Shown here: positions 9,433-18,487 of the stretch, piece after piece | How the letters are laid out: the number at the start of each line of letters is the position of its first letter | Position numbering within the stretch: the stretch's first letter is position 1 | From: an uncultured Candidatus Saccharibacteria bacterium | Lineage (GTDB): Bacteria > Patescibacteriota > Doudnabacteria > UBA920 > O2-02-FULL-48-8 | DNA: 38,183 nt | Reading direction: 5' to 3' | Assembly (NCBI GenBank): GCA_964405805.1 | Contig: CAYOPE010000005.1 | Coordinates: 1-38,183 of the forward strand | Notes under the pieces: model-generated | The model's database searches: none | Seen by the model: the letters and a program-made list of their open reading frames with translations, nothing else | Told to the model about the DNA's origin: nothing | Position numbers and translations under genes: made by a program

Positions 9433-9855
9433 ATGATTAAGTACCAAAATGTAGATTTGAAAGGGCTTCAGAAGTTAGCGGCAGAATTAGCCAGCAGCCT
9501 GCGCGGTCGAAAAGCGATAATCGGACTGATCGGGCCGCTGGGCGGCGGCAAAACTACTTTTATCAAAGCCTTTGCTAAAAATTTCGGAATCAGAGAAGCT
9601 CATAGCCCGACTTTTGTCATCAGCCATGAGCATCGAATTCCTCAAGGACTCCTCTATCATGTTGACTTTTATCGACTTGAAAAAAAATCACAGCTTATTC
9701 CCCTGGGCCTCTCAGACATGACGCGAGGCAAAAATATTTTATTGATCGAATGGGTGGATCGCTTCCCTGAAATCAAAAATCTTTGCGACATATTAATCAC
9801 CTTCAAAGTCAAAAAAGGAAATTTACGAGATGTTTCGATTACCACTAATCATTAA
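9433..9855 (+). CDS. tsaE: tRNA threonylcarbamoyladenosine biosynthesis ATPase TsaE
   Basis: GPLGGGKTTF, SPTF, YHVDFYRL, IEW. Confidence 0.95.
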   Translation: MIKYQNVDLKGLQKLAAELASSLRGRKAIIGLIGPLGGGKTTFIKAFAKNFGIREAHSPTFVISHEHRIPQGLLYHVDFYRLEKKSQLIPLGLSDMTRGKNILLIEWVDRFPEIKNLCDILITFKVKKGNLRDVSITTNH

Positions 9856-10960
9856 AATTGCCTTGACGCTTCTGCTTCTCGCTATGGTTTTGGTATCCAA
9901 GCCAGCATATGCGAAAACGGTGTCCTTCGAAGACCAGCGGTTCGAGGTTGCCGCGCAACTCGAAGGTCAAGCTGATCTTGTGGCCACGAGAAACGCTTCT
10001 GATCTTTTTGACCTAATCAAACATTCTCTACTCGGCCAGAATTCCGACCAGACTACGCAACTCTTAGATCAAGACAGTCTTAGTATGATAGATCTCATCC
10101 TGGAAAAAGTTAATCAAGAACCTAAAGATGCTCATCTGGTGATTGAAAATAATCAAGCCACTGACTTTGACCCAGGACAGAATGGTCAATCTGTAGATTT
10201 GTTTCAACTTCGACAACTCCTTATCTCAGATCTGCCTTACATCGATCTTCCTGTAGTCACGGCCACTCCAAAAATAACCCTGGCTAGCACCAATAGCTTA
10301 GGCATAAATGAGCTGGTCGCCACTGGAGTTTCTAATTTCTCAGGTTCGCCCAAAAATCGGATCCATAATCTGACAGTCGGCGCTGCCAAATTCAATGGAG
10401 TCATCATTAAGCCTGGTGAAGAATTTTCCTTTAACAAATATTTAGGCGAAGTTGACGATGTCCATGGTTTCCTCCCAGAACTAGTCATCAAACCTGAGGG
10501 CGTGACTCCAGAATTCGGCGGTGGCCTCTGCCAAGTTTCATCTACCGCCTTCCGAGCAGCCATGAATGCCGGGCTTCCCATCACAGCTAGACGCAATCAT
10601 TCGTTTGCAGTCCAGTACTATGCACCACAGGGCACTGATGCTACTATTTACCCAGGTTCAGCTGATCTCAAATTCATAAACGACTTACCAAGCTCGATTC
10701 TCATCCGCACTCGAATCGAAGGCCACCTGCTCTACTTTGACTATTTCGGGACTAAGGACAGCAGGACGATTAGTTTCGAAGGACCAAATCAGTATGACCG
10801 TAAGCCTGATGGATCCATGAAAGCCATATGGATCCGGCATGTGACCGAAAATGGTGAGGTCAAAACGCAAACATTCAAAAGTACTTATCTCCCTCCTGCT
10901 CTCTTCCACCACGATACTGTGGAATCTACTCCTACTCAACCAACATTAACCCAACAATAA
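9830..10960 (+). CDS. VanW-family exported protein
   Basis: signal peptide; NRIHN, PGEEFSFN, GGGLCQVSST, RRNHS, GTDAT, DLKFIN. Confidence 0.92.
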   Translation: MFRLPLIIKIALTLLLLAMVLVSKPAYAKTVSFEDQRFEVAAQLEGQADLVATRNASDLFDLIKHSLLGQNSDQTTQLLDQDSLSMIDLILEKVNQEPKDAHLVIENNQATDFDPGQNGQSVDLFQLRQLLISDLPYIDLPVVTATPKITLASTNSLGINELVATGVSNFSGSPKNRIHNLTVGAAKFNGVIIKPGEEFSFNKYLGEVDDVHGFLPELVIKPEGVTPEFGGGLCQVSSTAFRAAMNAGLPITARRNHSFAVQYYAPQGTDATIYPGSADLKFINDLPSSILIRTRIEGHLLYFDYFGTKDSRTISFEGPNQYDRKPDGSMKAIWIRHVTENGEVKTQTFKSTYLPPALFHHDTVESTPTQPTLTQQ

Positions 10961-12213
10961 TGCCAAAAAAAGAAAAAATATTTGAACCAAGTCCTCTGAT
11001 CCTTCAGCGCTACGCTAAAGTCCTGATTAATTTTGCTCTCAATAGTGGGGCGGGAATTAAAAAAGGTGACGTGGTCCGGGTCAGTGGCAATGAATCTGGT
11101 AAAAAACTTTTCCTGGCTGTATGCAACGCTGTCATCGATGCTGGCGGTCATGTCCTAAGCCATTATGCCCCGGATGATGAACAAGGGGACAAGCGCCGCA
11201 ATGAAAGTTTCACCAGATATTTCTACGAGCATGCTCAAGATCACCAGATGGATCATTTTCCGCACAAATACCTGAAAGGTGTGATTGAACAAATCGATCA
11301 CTCAGTCTTTATCATTGCTGATGCTGATATGAATGCACTGAAAGGAATTGATCCAAAAAAAATCATGCGCCGCGGTGTAGCGCTGAAACCATTCATGGAC
11401 TGGCGGCATGAAAAAGAGTGGCAAGGAAACTTCACCTGGACCATCGCGCTTTCAGCCACCCCTGCCATGGCGCGTGAAGCCGGATTATCGTTGAAAGAAT
11501 ATTGGAATCAAATTATCAAAGCCTGCTTCTTGGATTTTCCAGACCCAATCAAAAAATGGAAGCAAGTTTTTCATGATTTGGAGCACTATCGAGCAAAACT
11601 AAATAAGCTTGCCCCTGTCACCGATCGCTATCATGTCATTGGCCCGGATGCAAACCTCTGGATCAAGCTAGGCGAAAAAAGAAAATGGTTTGGGGGAAGT
11701 GGCAGAAACATTCCAAGCTTTGAACTATTTACTTCTCCTGACTGGCGTGGGACAGAAGGCTGGATTCGCTTTAACCAGCCACTCTACAGATATGGCAACA
11801 AGGTTACTGGCATCCAGCTCTGGTTTGAAAATGGCAAGGTTGTCAAAAGTACTGCTAAGACCAACCAAAAACTTTTACGCGAAATGATTGCCACACCTGG
11901 TGCTGACAAGGTCGGTGAATTTTCCCTGACTGATCATCGGTACTCTCGTATCACCAAGTTTATGGCAGAAACCCTGTTTGATGAAAACATTGGTGGCCCC
12001 AATGGCAATACTCACATCGCTGTAGGCATGTCATACCGCGATACTTACGCAGGTGATGTGAAAAAACTTACTCACAAACAAGCAGCCAACTTAGGATTTA
12101 ACGATTCTTCGGTGCATACGGATATGGTCTCAACCACTCCTCGAACCGTGATCGCACATCTGAAAAACGGCAAAGAAAAAGTCATTTACCAGCATGGTCA
12201 ATTTGTGCTCTAA
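10960..12213 (+). CDS. aminopeptidase, M29 (AmpS/PepS) family
   Basis: NIPSFELFTSP, GEFSL, TLFDENIGG, HIAVG, NDSSVHTDMV. Confidence 0.93.
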   Translation: MPKKEKIFEPSPLILQRYAKVLINFALNSGAGIKKGDVVRVSGNESGKKLFLAVCNAVIDAGGHVLSHYAPDDEQGDKRRNESFTRYFYEHAQDHQMDHFPHKYLKGVIEQIDHSVFIIADADMNALKGIDPKKIMRRGVALKPFMDWRHEKEWQGNFTWTIALSATPAMAREAGLSLKEYWNQIIKACFLDFPDPIKKWKQVFHDLEHYRAKLNKLAPVTDRYHVIGPDANLWIKLGEKRKWFGGSGRNIPSFELFTSPDWRGTEGWIRFNQPLYRYGNKVTGIQLWFENGKVVKSTAKTNQKLLREMIATPGADKVGEFSLTDHRYSRITKFMAETLFDENIGGPNGNTHIAVGMSYRDTYAGDVKKLTHKQAANLGFNDSSVHTDMVSTTPRTVIAHLKNGKEKVIYQHGQFVL

Positions 12214-12232
12214 TAAGTGCTATACTTAGAAT

Positions 12233-13270
12233 ATGATCAATCAGGATTTCATAGAAACAGAAATAATCAAACCCACAACGAGTAGTGAAGAAACGCTGTT
12301 TGAAGCCACTCTCAGGCCGCAGAAGCTTGCCGAATACGTGGGGCAGGAAAAAATCAAAGAAAATTTGAAGATTTTGGTGGATGCAGCGCAAGCGCGCAAA
12401 GAAACTCTAGAACACATCCTACTCTATGGCCCGCCTGGACTTGGCAAAACAACACTTGCTCATATCATTGCTCGTGAAATGGGCTCAAATATCAAAATCA
12501 CCTCAGGACCAGCAATTGAAAAAGCCGGAGACCTGGCTTCGCTGCTGACTAACATGACTGAGGGCGATGTTTTGTTTATTGATGAAATTCATAGGCTCAA
12601 TAAAACCGTAGAAGAAATTCTTTACCCTGCTATGGAAGATTATTGTCTCGATATTGTGCTTGGCAAGGGTGCTGGGGCGAAAGCCTTGCGCTTGGATCTG
12701 CCGAAATTTACTTTGATTGGAGCTACCACCAGAATCGGACTGCTCACAGGTCCTCTGCGTGATCGATTCGGTATGACTTATCGACTTGACTACTATGAAG
12801 AGCCCGAGATAGAACAGATTCTAGAGCGCGCTGCGAAAATCTTGAACGTAAAAGTAGATGGCGAAGGCAAAGTAGAAATTGCCAAGCGCTCACGCCGCAC
12901 GCCAAGAATTGCCAATCGCCTGCTTAAACGCGTGCGCGACTTTGCCCAAGTCAAGGCCTCAGGAAAAATTAATGAAAAAGTGGCTAAGGAAGCTTTGGCT
13001 CAGCTCGATGTCGATGATTTGGGTCTTGACGGCAATGATCGCCGAATTCTCGAAGCCTTGATCGACAAATTTGCAGGTGGCCCTGTAGGAATTTCTTCTA
13101 TTGCTGCGGCAACCTCTGAAGACCCTGGGACCATCGAAGATATTTATGAGCCGTACTTGCTCAGGCTTGGTTTGATTGCTCGCACGCCCAAAGGTCGAGT
13201 CGCGACCCCAGCTGCTTACGATCATTTGAAAAAGGCGGTAAAAAAACAAACCGCCCAAACATTACTATGA
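12233..13270 (+). CDS. ruvB: Holliday junction branch migration helicase RuvB
   Basis: [51 protein letters not shown]. Confidence 0.98.
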   Translation: MINQDFIETEIIKPTTSSEETLFEATLRPQKLAEYVGQEKIKENLKILVDAAQARKETLEHILLYGPPGLGKTTLAHIIAREMGSNIKITSGPAIEKAGDLASLLTNMTEGDVLFIDEIHRLNKTVEEILYPAMEDYCLDIVLGKGAGAKALRLDLPKFTLIGATTRIGLLTGPLRDRFGMTYRLDYYEEPEIEQILERAAKILNVKVDGEGKVEIAKRSRRTPRIANRLLKRVRDFAQVKASGKINEKVAKEALAQLDVDDLGLDGNDRRILEALIDKFAGGPVGISSIAAATSEDPGTIEDIYEPYLLRLGLIARTPKGRVATPAAYDHLKKAVKKQTAQTLL

Positions 13271-13494
13271 TCCCAACTGCTTATCATCCTGCTGGTTTTG
13301 GTACTTCAATTTTAGCCCTAGTCTTCTATTTGCTCATGGCTGGGTTTGTGCTTTACAGCATGATTGCGCTATATGCCCTAATGCGTTTCGGCCGCTCAAA
13401 AATTTTAGCCATAATTATTTCCATTCTTTACCTCATCATTTCAGCCGGCCTCTATGCCGCAGCTGTCGGTAATCTGAACAACATTAAATTTTAA
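13267..13494 (+). CDS. small membrane protein (2 TM)
   Basis: two hydrophobic helices; ATGA overlap with ruvB. Confidence 0.75.
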   Translation: MIPTAYHPAGFGTSILALVFYLLMAGFVLYSMIALYALMRFGRSKILAIIISILYLIISAGLYAAAVGNLNNIKF

Positions 13495-13496
13495 AT

Positions 13497-14057
13497 ATGC
13501 AATGGCTTGAACCAACTAGTTTTCCCGGTCAGCAACCAGATGAACATATTTTGCTAGAAACCAGACAGCACTGGATGGTATTTCTCATGAAATTTATCGT
13601 CTGGCTTCTGTTTGCCGGAATTTTAATTTTTATAGACTGGGCCATAGGCCGATTTGCTCCCATACTGCGCACCAATCCCTATGTTGACTATGTTAATTTG
13701 TTTAAAAGCGTCTACCTTATGTTTCTCATCTTAGGGCTTCTGATCATGTGGGTCATGTATTATCTAAATGTCCAGATCATCACCAATCAACGCATCGTGG
13801 ATATCACTCAAACTTCTCTTATCCATCACACGGTCTCTGAACTTCATCTCAGCCGCATCGAGGATGTCACAGCTGATGTGAAGGGTTTGTTTGGCACGCT
13901 CCTCGACTACGGCAATGTCTATATCCAGACTGCTGGCGAAACTGAGCGGTTTGAATTTGATCGCGTACCAAATCCGGCATCAATCGAAAAAATGATCCTG
14001 GACCTCTACGAAGCCTTGCCAGACAATCAAAAAGAACACCCGCTAGATAAAAAATAA
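13497..14057 (+). CDS. membrane protein with bacterial PH (bPH_2-like) domain
   Basis: 2 TM segments, then IITNQRIVDI..Q..L...LSRIEDVT...G....LLDYGNVYIQTAG. Confidence 0.85.
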   Translation: MQWLEPTSFPGQQPDEHILLETRQHWMVFLMKFIVWLLFAGILIFIDWAIGRFAPILRTNPYVDYVNLFKSVYLMFLILGLLIMWVMYYLNVQIITNQRIVDITQTSLIHHTVSELHLSRIEDVTADVKGLFGTLLDYGNVYIQTAGETERFEFDRVPNPASIEKMILDLYEALPDNQKEHPLDKK

Positions 14058-14068
14058 GCAAAACGACG

Positions 14069-14114
14069 AAGCCGTGGACTCGCTGAATGTATCAGCAAAG
14101 TCCACGGCTTTTTT
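14069..14114 (+). terminator. intrinsic terminator / long hairpin between convergent genes
   Basis: AAGCCGTGGACT...AGTCCACGGCTT followed by a T run. Confidence 0.75.
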
Positions 14115-14120
14115 GATGGC

Positions 14121-14672
14121 TCACTCCTTGGCCTTCTCACGGACCCACTTCAGCCAGCAGCGCTCAGCCAGGATGCCCTTGAGCAGAAGCTGACCCAAGG
14201 AATGCCAATGGCCACCATCCAGCCAAATCTTTTGGGTCAGTTTGAGCAGATCGATGAGAGCAGCACTTTCCTCGATACGAAGCCCGTGAGATGACCTCTC
14301 GTCCCAGATCGGAAAGTCTACCCTATAGGTCTCAGTTCCGTGTTCCTTGCAGTGTTTTTCCTCTTCGTCCGCGCCCTCCGAAAAGTAGTGCAAGGTGAAA
14401 CTAGGCCGGAACTCTGTCAGGTCCTTGAGAAGCCTCGGCCGCCCCCAGAACACGAAGTGAAGCCCTGTGGGTTTTCGGTTTTCGTCCACATAACGAACGT
14501 CGTCGACATCAAATGTTTGCTGAACACCGTTATCGATGACGATGACCCAAGTTCCAGGCCTCGGCACACTTTCGAACACGCTGTGGAGCGCCGCTTCGAG
14601 CCGGACCCCGCCCCGAAACTCGAGAAAAACCCGCTTGCCTTCCAGTTTCTTCAGCTGCTCAAGAATCGTCAT
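14121..14672 (-). CDS. hypothetical protein (N-terminus possibly Sm/LSm-like)
   Basis: ATGA overlap with the upstream ORF; LKKLEGKRVFLEFRGG.RLEA.L resembles an Sm-fold start (weak). Confidence 0.65.
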   Translation of the reverse strand: MTILEQLKKLEGKRVFLEFRGGVRLEAALHSVFESVPRPGTWVIVIDNGVQQTFDVDDVRYVDENRKPTGLHFVFWGRPRLLKDLTEFRPSFTLHYFSEGADEEEKHCKEHGTETYRVDFPIWDERSSHGLRIEESAALIDLLKLTQKIWLDGGHWHSLGQLLLKGILAERCWLKWVREKAKE

Positions 14673-15262
14673 CTGGTCTCTCCTGTGTTTTCTAAGGTTG
14701 CGAGAACTTCCTCTGAAGCTTGAATAAGCTCCCTACAAAGCGCCCTGAGCTCGACTTCTGTTTTCAAAAGCTCCTGCTCGACTTGCTTTCGTTTAGCGTC
14801 CCATTCTGCTTGGCGCCTGGCCAATTCTGCTTTTTTCTGCTGGACTTCTGCACGCCAAAGACGGATTAGCTGCGGAAGTGTACTGATGGCTTTCACAATG
14901 CCTGGAAGGTTTTCCGCTTTAAGGTTAAACTCCCAGACTTTGCCTTGGTACGCCAAGACAATTTTGTTCGTCTCAGAACGAGCTCCCCATAGCTTGTCCT
15001 GATATCTAACGGTATGAACTCCGTCGTATCCGTCGTTCTCAGACGGGCAATCCAAAGTCCAGCCATCCCAGGCTTGCGCTTCATCCGCAAAAGAACGAAG
15101 TCTCCCATACTGAATTATCACATTCAGGATGGAGACGACAGCATCTTTTAACGGAGTCGAGATTACGGGTTCGTCAGTCTTGTCGATTTTCTCTTCTTCT
15201 TTCTGTAAAAGAGCTAACGCTAAGGCCAACTCGTCGCTCGCCTTACGGCTTTTAGCAGCCAT
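14669..15262 (-). CDS. hypothetical protein with C-terminal coiled coil
   Basis: AAGGAGG SD before ATG; own promoter upstream. Confidence 0.75.
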   Translation of the reverse strand: MAAKSRKASDELALALALLQKEEEKIDKTDEPVISTPLKDAVVSILNVIIQYGRLRSFADEAQAWDGWTLDCPSENDGYDGVHTVRYQDKLWGARSETNKIVLAYQGKVWEFNLKAENLPGIVKAISTLPQLIRLWRAEVQQKKAELARRQAEWDAKRKQVEQELLKTEVELRALCRELIQASEEVLATLENTGETR

Positions 15263-15270
15263 ATTCCTCC

Positions 15271-15331
15271 TTCAAGTCCGCCCTTGACGAGCGTGACTTG
15301 AAAGTCTATACTTTAGGCTGTGAGTGGTCAA
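15271..15331 (-). promoter_or_regulatory. promoter and 5' leader hairpin of the orphan gene pair
   Basis: TTGACC-17 nt-TAGACT, then hairpin TTCAAGTC..CGCTC/GGGCG..GACTTGAA abutting GGAGG. Confidence 0.65.
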
Positions 15332-15351
15332 CAGCACCCATTGGTGCTGTT
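15330..15351. promoter_or_regulatory. inverted repeat, candidate operator
   Basis: AACAGCACC-CATT-GGTGCTGTT, between the orphan pair and the TrmB-family gene. Confidence 0.5.
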
Positions 15352-15366
15352 AGACACCCAGAATAC

Positions 15367-16119
15367 ATGTATACAGAAATATTCGAAGACATCGGCCTCT
15401 CACCCAGTGAGGCCAAGATATACGAAATCCTACTTTCTTCTGGCGAGATCGGCGCCTCTGAGATATCGCTGAAAGCCCGAGTCCATCGAAGAAATGTTTA
15501 TGATGCGCTCAATAGGCTTGTAGATAAAGGTCTGGTCTTTCGAATTTTTCAGAAAGGCGAGCACGAGTTCCGAGCTGTGACTCCAGATAAGCTTTCTGAG
15601 ATGATTCGAGAGAAGGATCAAAAATTATCCAAAATTTTACCCCACTTGCGCAGTGTTTATCACAAAGAGCCTCTCAAAGAAGCAGCTTATATCTACAAAG
15701 GGGTCGAAGGCTACAAAAATTATTTACAAGATCTCGCGCGTGTAGCAGAAGATACTTATTTTTTAGGGGCCAAGGGACTATGGTTTACGCCCGGAATTGA
15801 TAAACAATACCTAGAGACTTATCAAGACGCTATGAAACGAAAAAAGAAACATTATTTCACTCTTTATGATCCTAGAGTGAAAGAAAAACTACCACAGGCT
15901 CTGAAAGATGTCGGCGGTGAGTATAAACTTTTGCCAAAAAAATACAGCACTCCAGGAGTGACTGATATTTTCGGCGACTATGTCGTGACTTTCACAAGCT
16001 TAGATATTGGCAACTTCGGCGATGATGGCACTATCTTTGTCATGATCAACAAAGAACTGGCCGAAACATACCGAACTTGGTTTAAGCTTATCTGGGATCT
16101 CAGTCCGAATACTAAGTAG
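15367..16119 (+). CDS. TrmB-family transcriptional regulator
   Basis: IGLSPSEAKIYEILL..G...ASEIS....VHRRNVYDALNRLVDKGLV winged HTH; YKGVEG linker; start placed at MYTEIF. Confidence 0.9.
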   Translation: MYTEIFEDIGLSPSEAKIYEILLSSGEIGASEISLKARVHRRNVYDALNRLVDKGLVFRIFQKGEHEFRAVTPDKLSEMIREKDQKLSKILPHLRSVYHKEPLKEAAYIYKGVEGYKNYLQDLARVAEDTYFLGAKGLWFTPGIDKQYLETYQDAMKRKKKHYFTLYDPRVKEKLPQALKDVGGEYKLLPKKYSTPGVTDIFGDYVVTFTSLDIGNFGDDGTIFVMINKELAETYRTWFKLIWDLSPNTK

Positions 16120-17155
16120 CTTTTATTTCATTATTCTCAACCTTCAAAATCAAAACTTCTTTGGCAATCTTGGGCAGATGGTGCTCTTCAGTAGATGTGA
16201 TAAAGATTTGGTGACCGGAAAGATTTTCAATCAATTTACTTCTGCGCTGCTCATCGAGCTCAGAGAAGACATCATCAAGTAAAATTACAGGCTTGATTTT
16301 TGTTTGCCCTAAGTTTTCAGCTTGTAAAAGCTTGAGAGCTAAAATTTGTGTACGAAGTTCGCCGCGAGATGAGTTAAACAGATTCAACTGACTATCTTTT
16401 TCAATTGTAAAGTCGTCACGGTGCGGGCCAACCAAATTTTTGCCTGATCGGATTTCTCTTTCTTGATATTCGTTAAAATCACCCTCGGATTTTTTGTACT
16501 GTAGAACAAACTGATTATTGAAACCCGTCAGCTGATTGACTTTTTCTGTCAGTCTTTGGTTAATAAAATCTACAAATTTCTGTCGTTCTGATTGAATCCG
16601 CTCTGCAACAGGAGCAAGTTGCTCATTCCAAAAATTAAGCTCTATTGCGGACATTTGGCCTTTATAAATCTGCTCAAGCAACGCGGCTTTCTGCTTTAAA
16701 ATATGGTCCAATGAAGTTAGATCCACGCTGTAAACAAGGCTAATCTGACTGAGAGTCTCGTCTAGAAATTTTCGGCGCAACACTGGTCCCAGCTGAAACA
16801 AATTGAGGTCATTGGGTACAAACAAGACAACCGGAAAGGCTTGCCAGAGAGATCTTTTGGTTTTCAGTTCATTGATTTTAAACTGGCGGCGGAGGCTAGG
16901 ACTATTTTGGACAATCGTTTCCAGCTTATGATCACCAAACTGTCCCTCTATTTTGAAATGACTTTCTAGATTTTTCACCAGCAGCTGGTCAGGGGCGCGG
17001 AAAGACTTGAGTCGAGACAAAAAATACAGGCTTTCCAGAAAATTTGTCTTTCCAGCAGCATTGTCGCCCAAAATTAAGACGAGGTCGGAATTGATTCCCG
17101 CCTCGGCTTGCTTGTAGTTACGAAAATTAGTTAATCTGATTTGGTTGAGTCGCAT
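16112..17155 (-). CDS. recF: DNA replication/repair protein RecF
   Basis: NFRNY, GDNAAGKTNFLES, GPHRDD, SRGE, LLDDVFSELD; follows dnaN. Confidence 0.96.
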   Translation of the reverse strand: MRLNQIRLTNFRNYKQAEAGINSDLVLILGDNAAGKTNFLESLYFLSRLKSFRAPDQLLVKNLESHFKIEGQFGDHKLETIVQNSPSLRRQFKINELKTKRSLWQAFPVVLFVPNDLNLFQLGPVLRRKFLDETLSQISLVYSVDLTSLDHILKQKAALLEQIYKGQMSAIELNFWNEQLAPVAERIQSERQKFVDFINQRLTEKVNQLTGFNNQFVLQYKKSEGDFNEYQEREIRSGKNLVGPHRDDFTIEKDSQLNLFNSSRGELRTQILALKLLQAENLGQTKIKPVILLDDVFSELDEQRRSKLIENLSGHQIFITSTEEHHLPKIAKEVLILKVENNEIKAT

Positions 17156-18282
17156 TATAACTTGATTGGCATGACGATGTAGGTATAATTTTCCCGCCCC
17201 ACAGGCATGATTGCTGATGGAGACGAATCATTTATCATCTTAAAGCTGATCGTGGCCTCAGTGAGGTTATTTAGACAATCTAGAAGATAACGATAATTAA
17301 ATACGGCAGCATTGTCATCGCCTGAAACCTTGGCTGAAACTTTAGTAGTATTCTCACCAGCTGCCATGGAAGCGGCGGCGACTGTTAAGCCGTCTTTTTT
17401 TACTTCAATGTTGACATTGTTCGAGTCAGGGACGAAAAGTGCTGCAGCCTTGAGCGCATGAATAAAATCGTTTCTTGAAACTTGCGCTTCTGTCCTAAAA
17501 CTTTTCGGAATAATTTGTCGATAGTCTGGATACTGGCCATCAATCAAGCGAGAAATCAGCTCGGTTTCATCAAATTTGAACAAAACCTGGGACTCGGAGA
17601 AATAAATCTCAACTTCGCCCTTGCCTATAGTTAGGATTTTATAAAGCTCAACCACGGTTCTGGCAGGAACAATAACCTCTTTAATGCCCCTGGCAGGCTC
17701 TAGAAGAGTGGCAGTTCTTTCTGCCAATCGATATCTGTCTGTAGCAGCTATTCTGAGAGTGGTAGCTTCTCCGCCAGAGGCGGATCCGCCTTCGGCGGAG
17801 AAAGCCATAAAAATTCCAGAGATTTCAGGTTGGGTTTCATTGGCAGCAGAAGCCCAGATAGTCTCAGAGAGAGCGTTGCGCAGTTCGTTGCCATCAATTT
17901 TGGCAAACGGCTCTTCTGTGACTTGAGGGATCAGCGGAAAATCTTCATGAGAAAGGCCTTTTATGTTTGTGTGGTAATTTTCTGATTCCAAACTTAGGGT
18001 TGAGTTTTCTTTGCTTTCAAGGGTGACCTTTTCAGTCGGAAGGTTGTTGACGTATTCATTAATAAGTTTTGCAGGAACTGTTAGAGCTCCTTCTTCCTCA
18101 ATCTTTCCGCCAACCCAAGTATTAACTCCGATTTCTAAGTTGGTTGAAGAAAGCTTGATTCGTCCCTGGTCAGTTTTTAATAAAATATTATTTAAAACCT
18201 GCAAAGGATTTCCTGAGCCCACTACTCGACTGACTACGAACAGTCCCTTCTTCAAATTTTCTTTGGTGCATACTAGTTTCAT
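17155..18282 (-). CDS. dnaN: DNA polymerase III beta clamp
   Basis: STNLEI, DFP, AATDRYRL, SRLIDGQYPDY, C-terminal YIVMPIKL; follows dnaA. Confidence 0.98.
   Translation of the reverse strand: MKLVCTKENLKKGLFVVSRVVGSGNPLQVLNNILLKTDQGRIKLSSTNLEIGVNTWVGGKIEEEGALTVPAKLINEYVNNLPTEKVTLESKENSTLSLESENYHTNIKGLSHEDFPLIPQVTEEPFAKIDGNELRNALSETIWASAANETQPEISGIFMAFSAEGGSASGGEATTLRIAATDRYRLAERTATLLEPARGIKEVIVPARTVVELYKILTIGKGEVEIYFSESQVLFKFDETELISRLIDGQYPDYRQIIPKSFRTEAQVSRNDFIHALKAAALFVPDSNNVNIEVKKDGLTVAAASMAAGENTTKVSAKVSGDDNAAVFNYRYLLDCLNNLTEATISFKMINDSSPSAIMPVGRENYTYIVMPIKL
17771..17800 (-). repeat. in-frame tandem palindromic insertion in dnaN (2 x TCCGCC-NNN-GGCGGA)
   Basis: minus strand TCCGCCGAAGGCGGA TCCGCCTCTGGCGGA encodes SAEGGSASGG; the second unit is identical to 21513-21527 in jag. 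Confidence 0.85.
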
Positions 18283-18487
18283 AAGTTTAGAAAAATAATA
18301 ATGATAATAGATACTGTGGGTTTGTGTGTAAGTTATTAAACTTTAATTTATTTGAATAAAATAATTTTTCTCTACGGAAGAATTGTAAGTAAGTTGTGGG
18401 CAAGAGCGGGACAAATTTTCAATTTTCAATTTTCAATTTTCAAAACCCACAACTAGCCAACATGTCATACATCAAAACCCACAACTA
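18283..18487 (-). other. oriC, dnaA-dnaN intergenic part with basal unwinding system
   Basis: minus strand TTACACACA AACCCACAG (18331-18314) followed by TAT TAT CAT TAT TAT trios (18309-18295); AT-rich tract; further CCCACA boxes. Confidence 0.85.
18414..18441 (+). repeat. (AATTTTC)x4 heptamer array
   Basis: four exact tandem copies. Confidence 0.9.
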
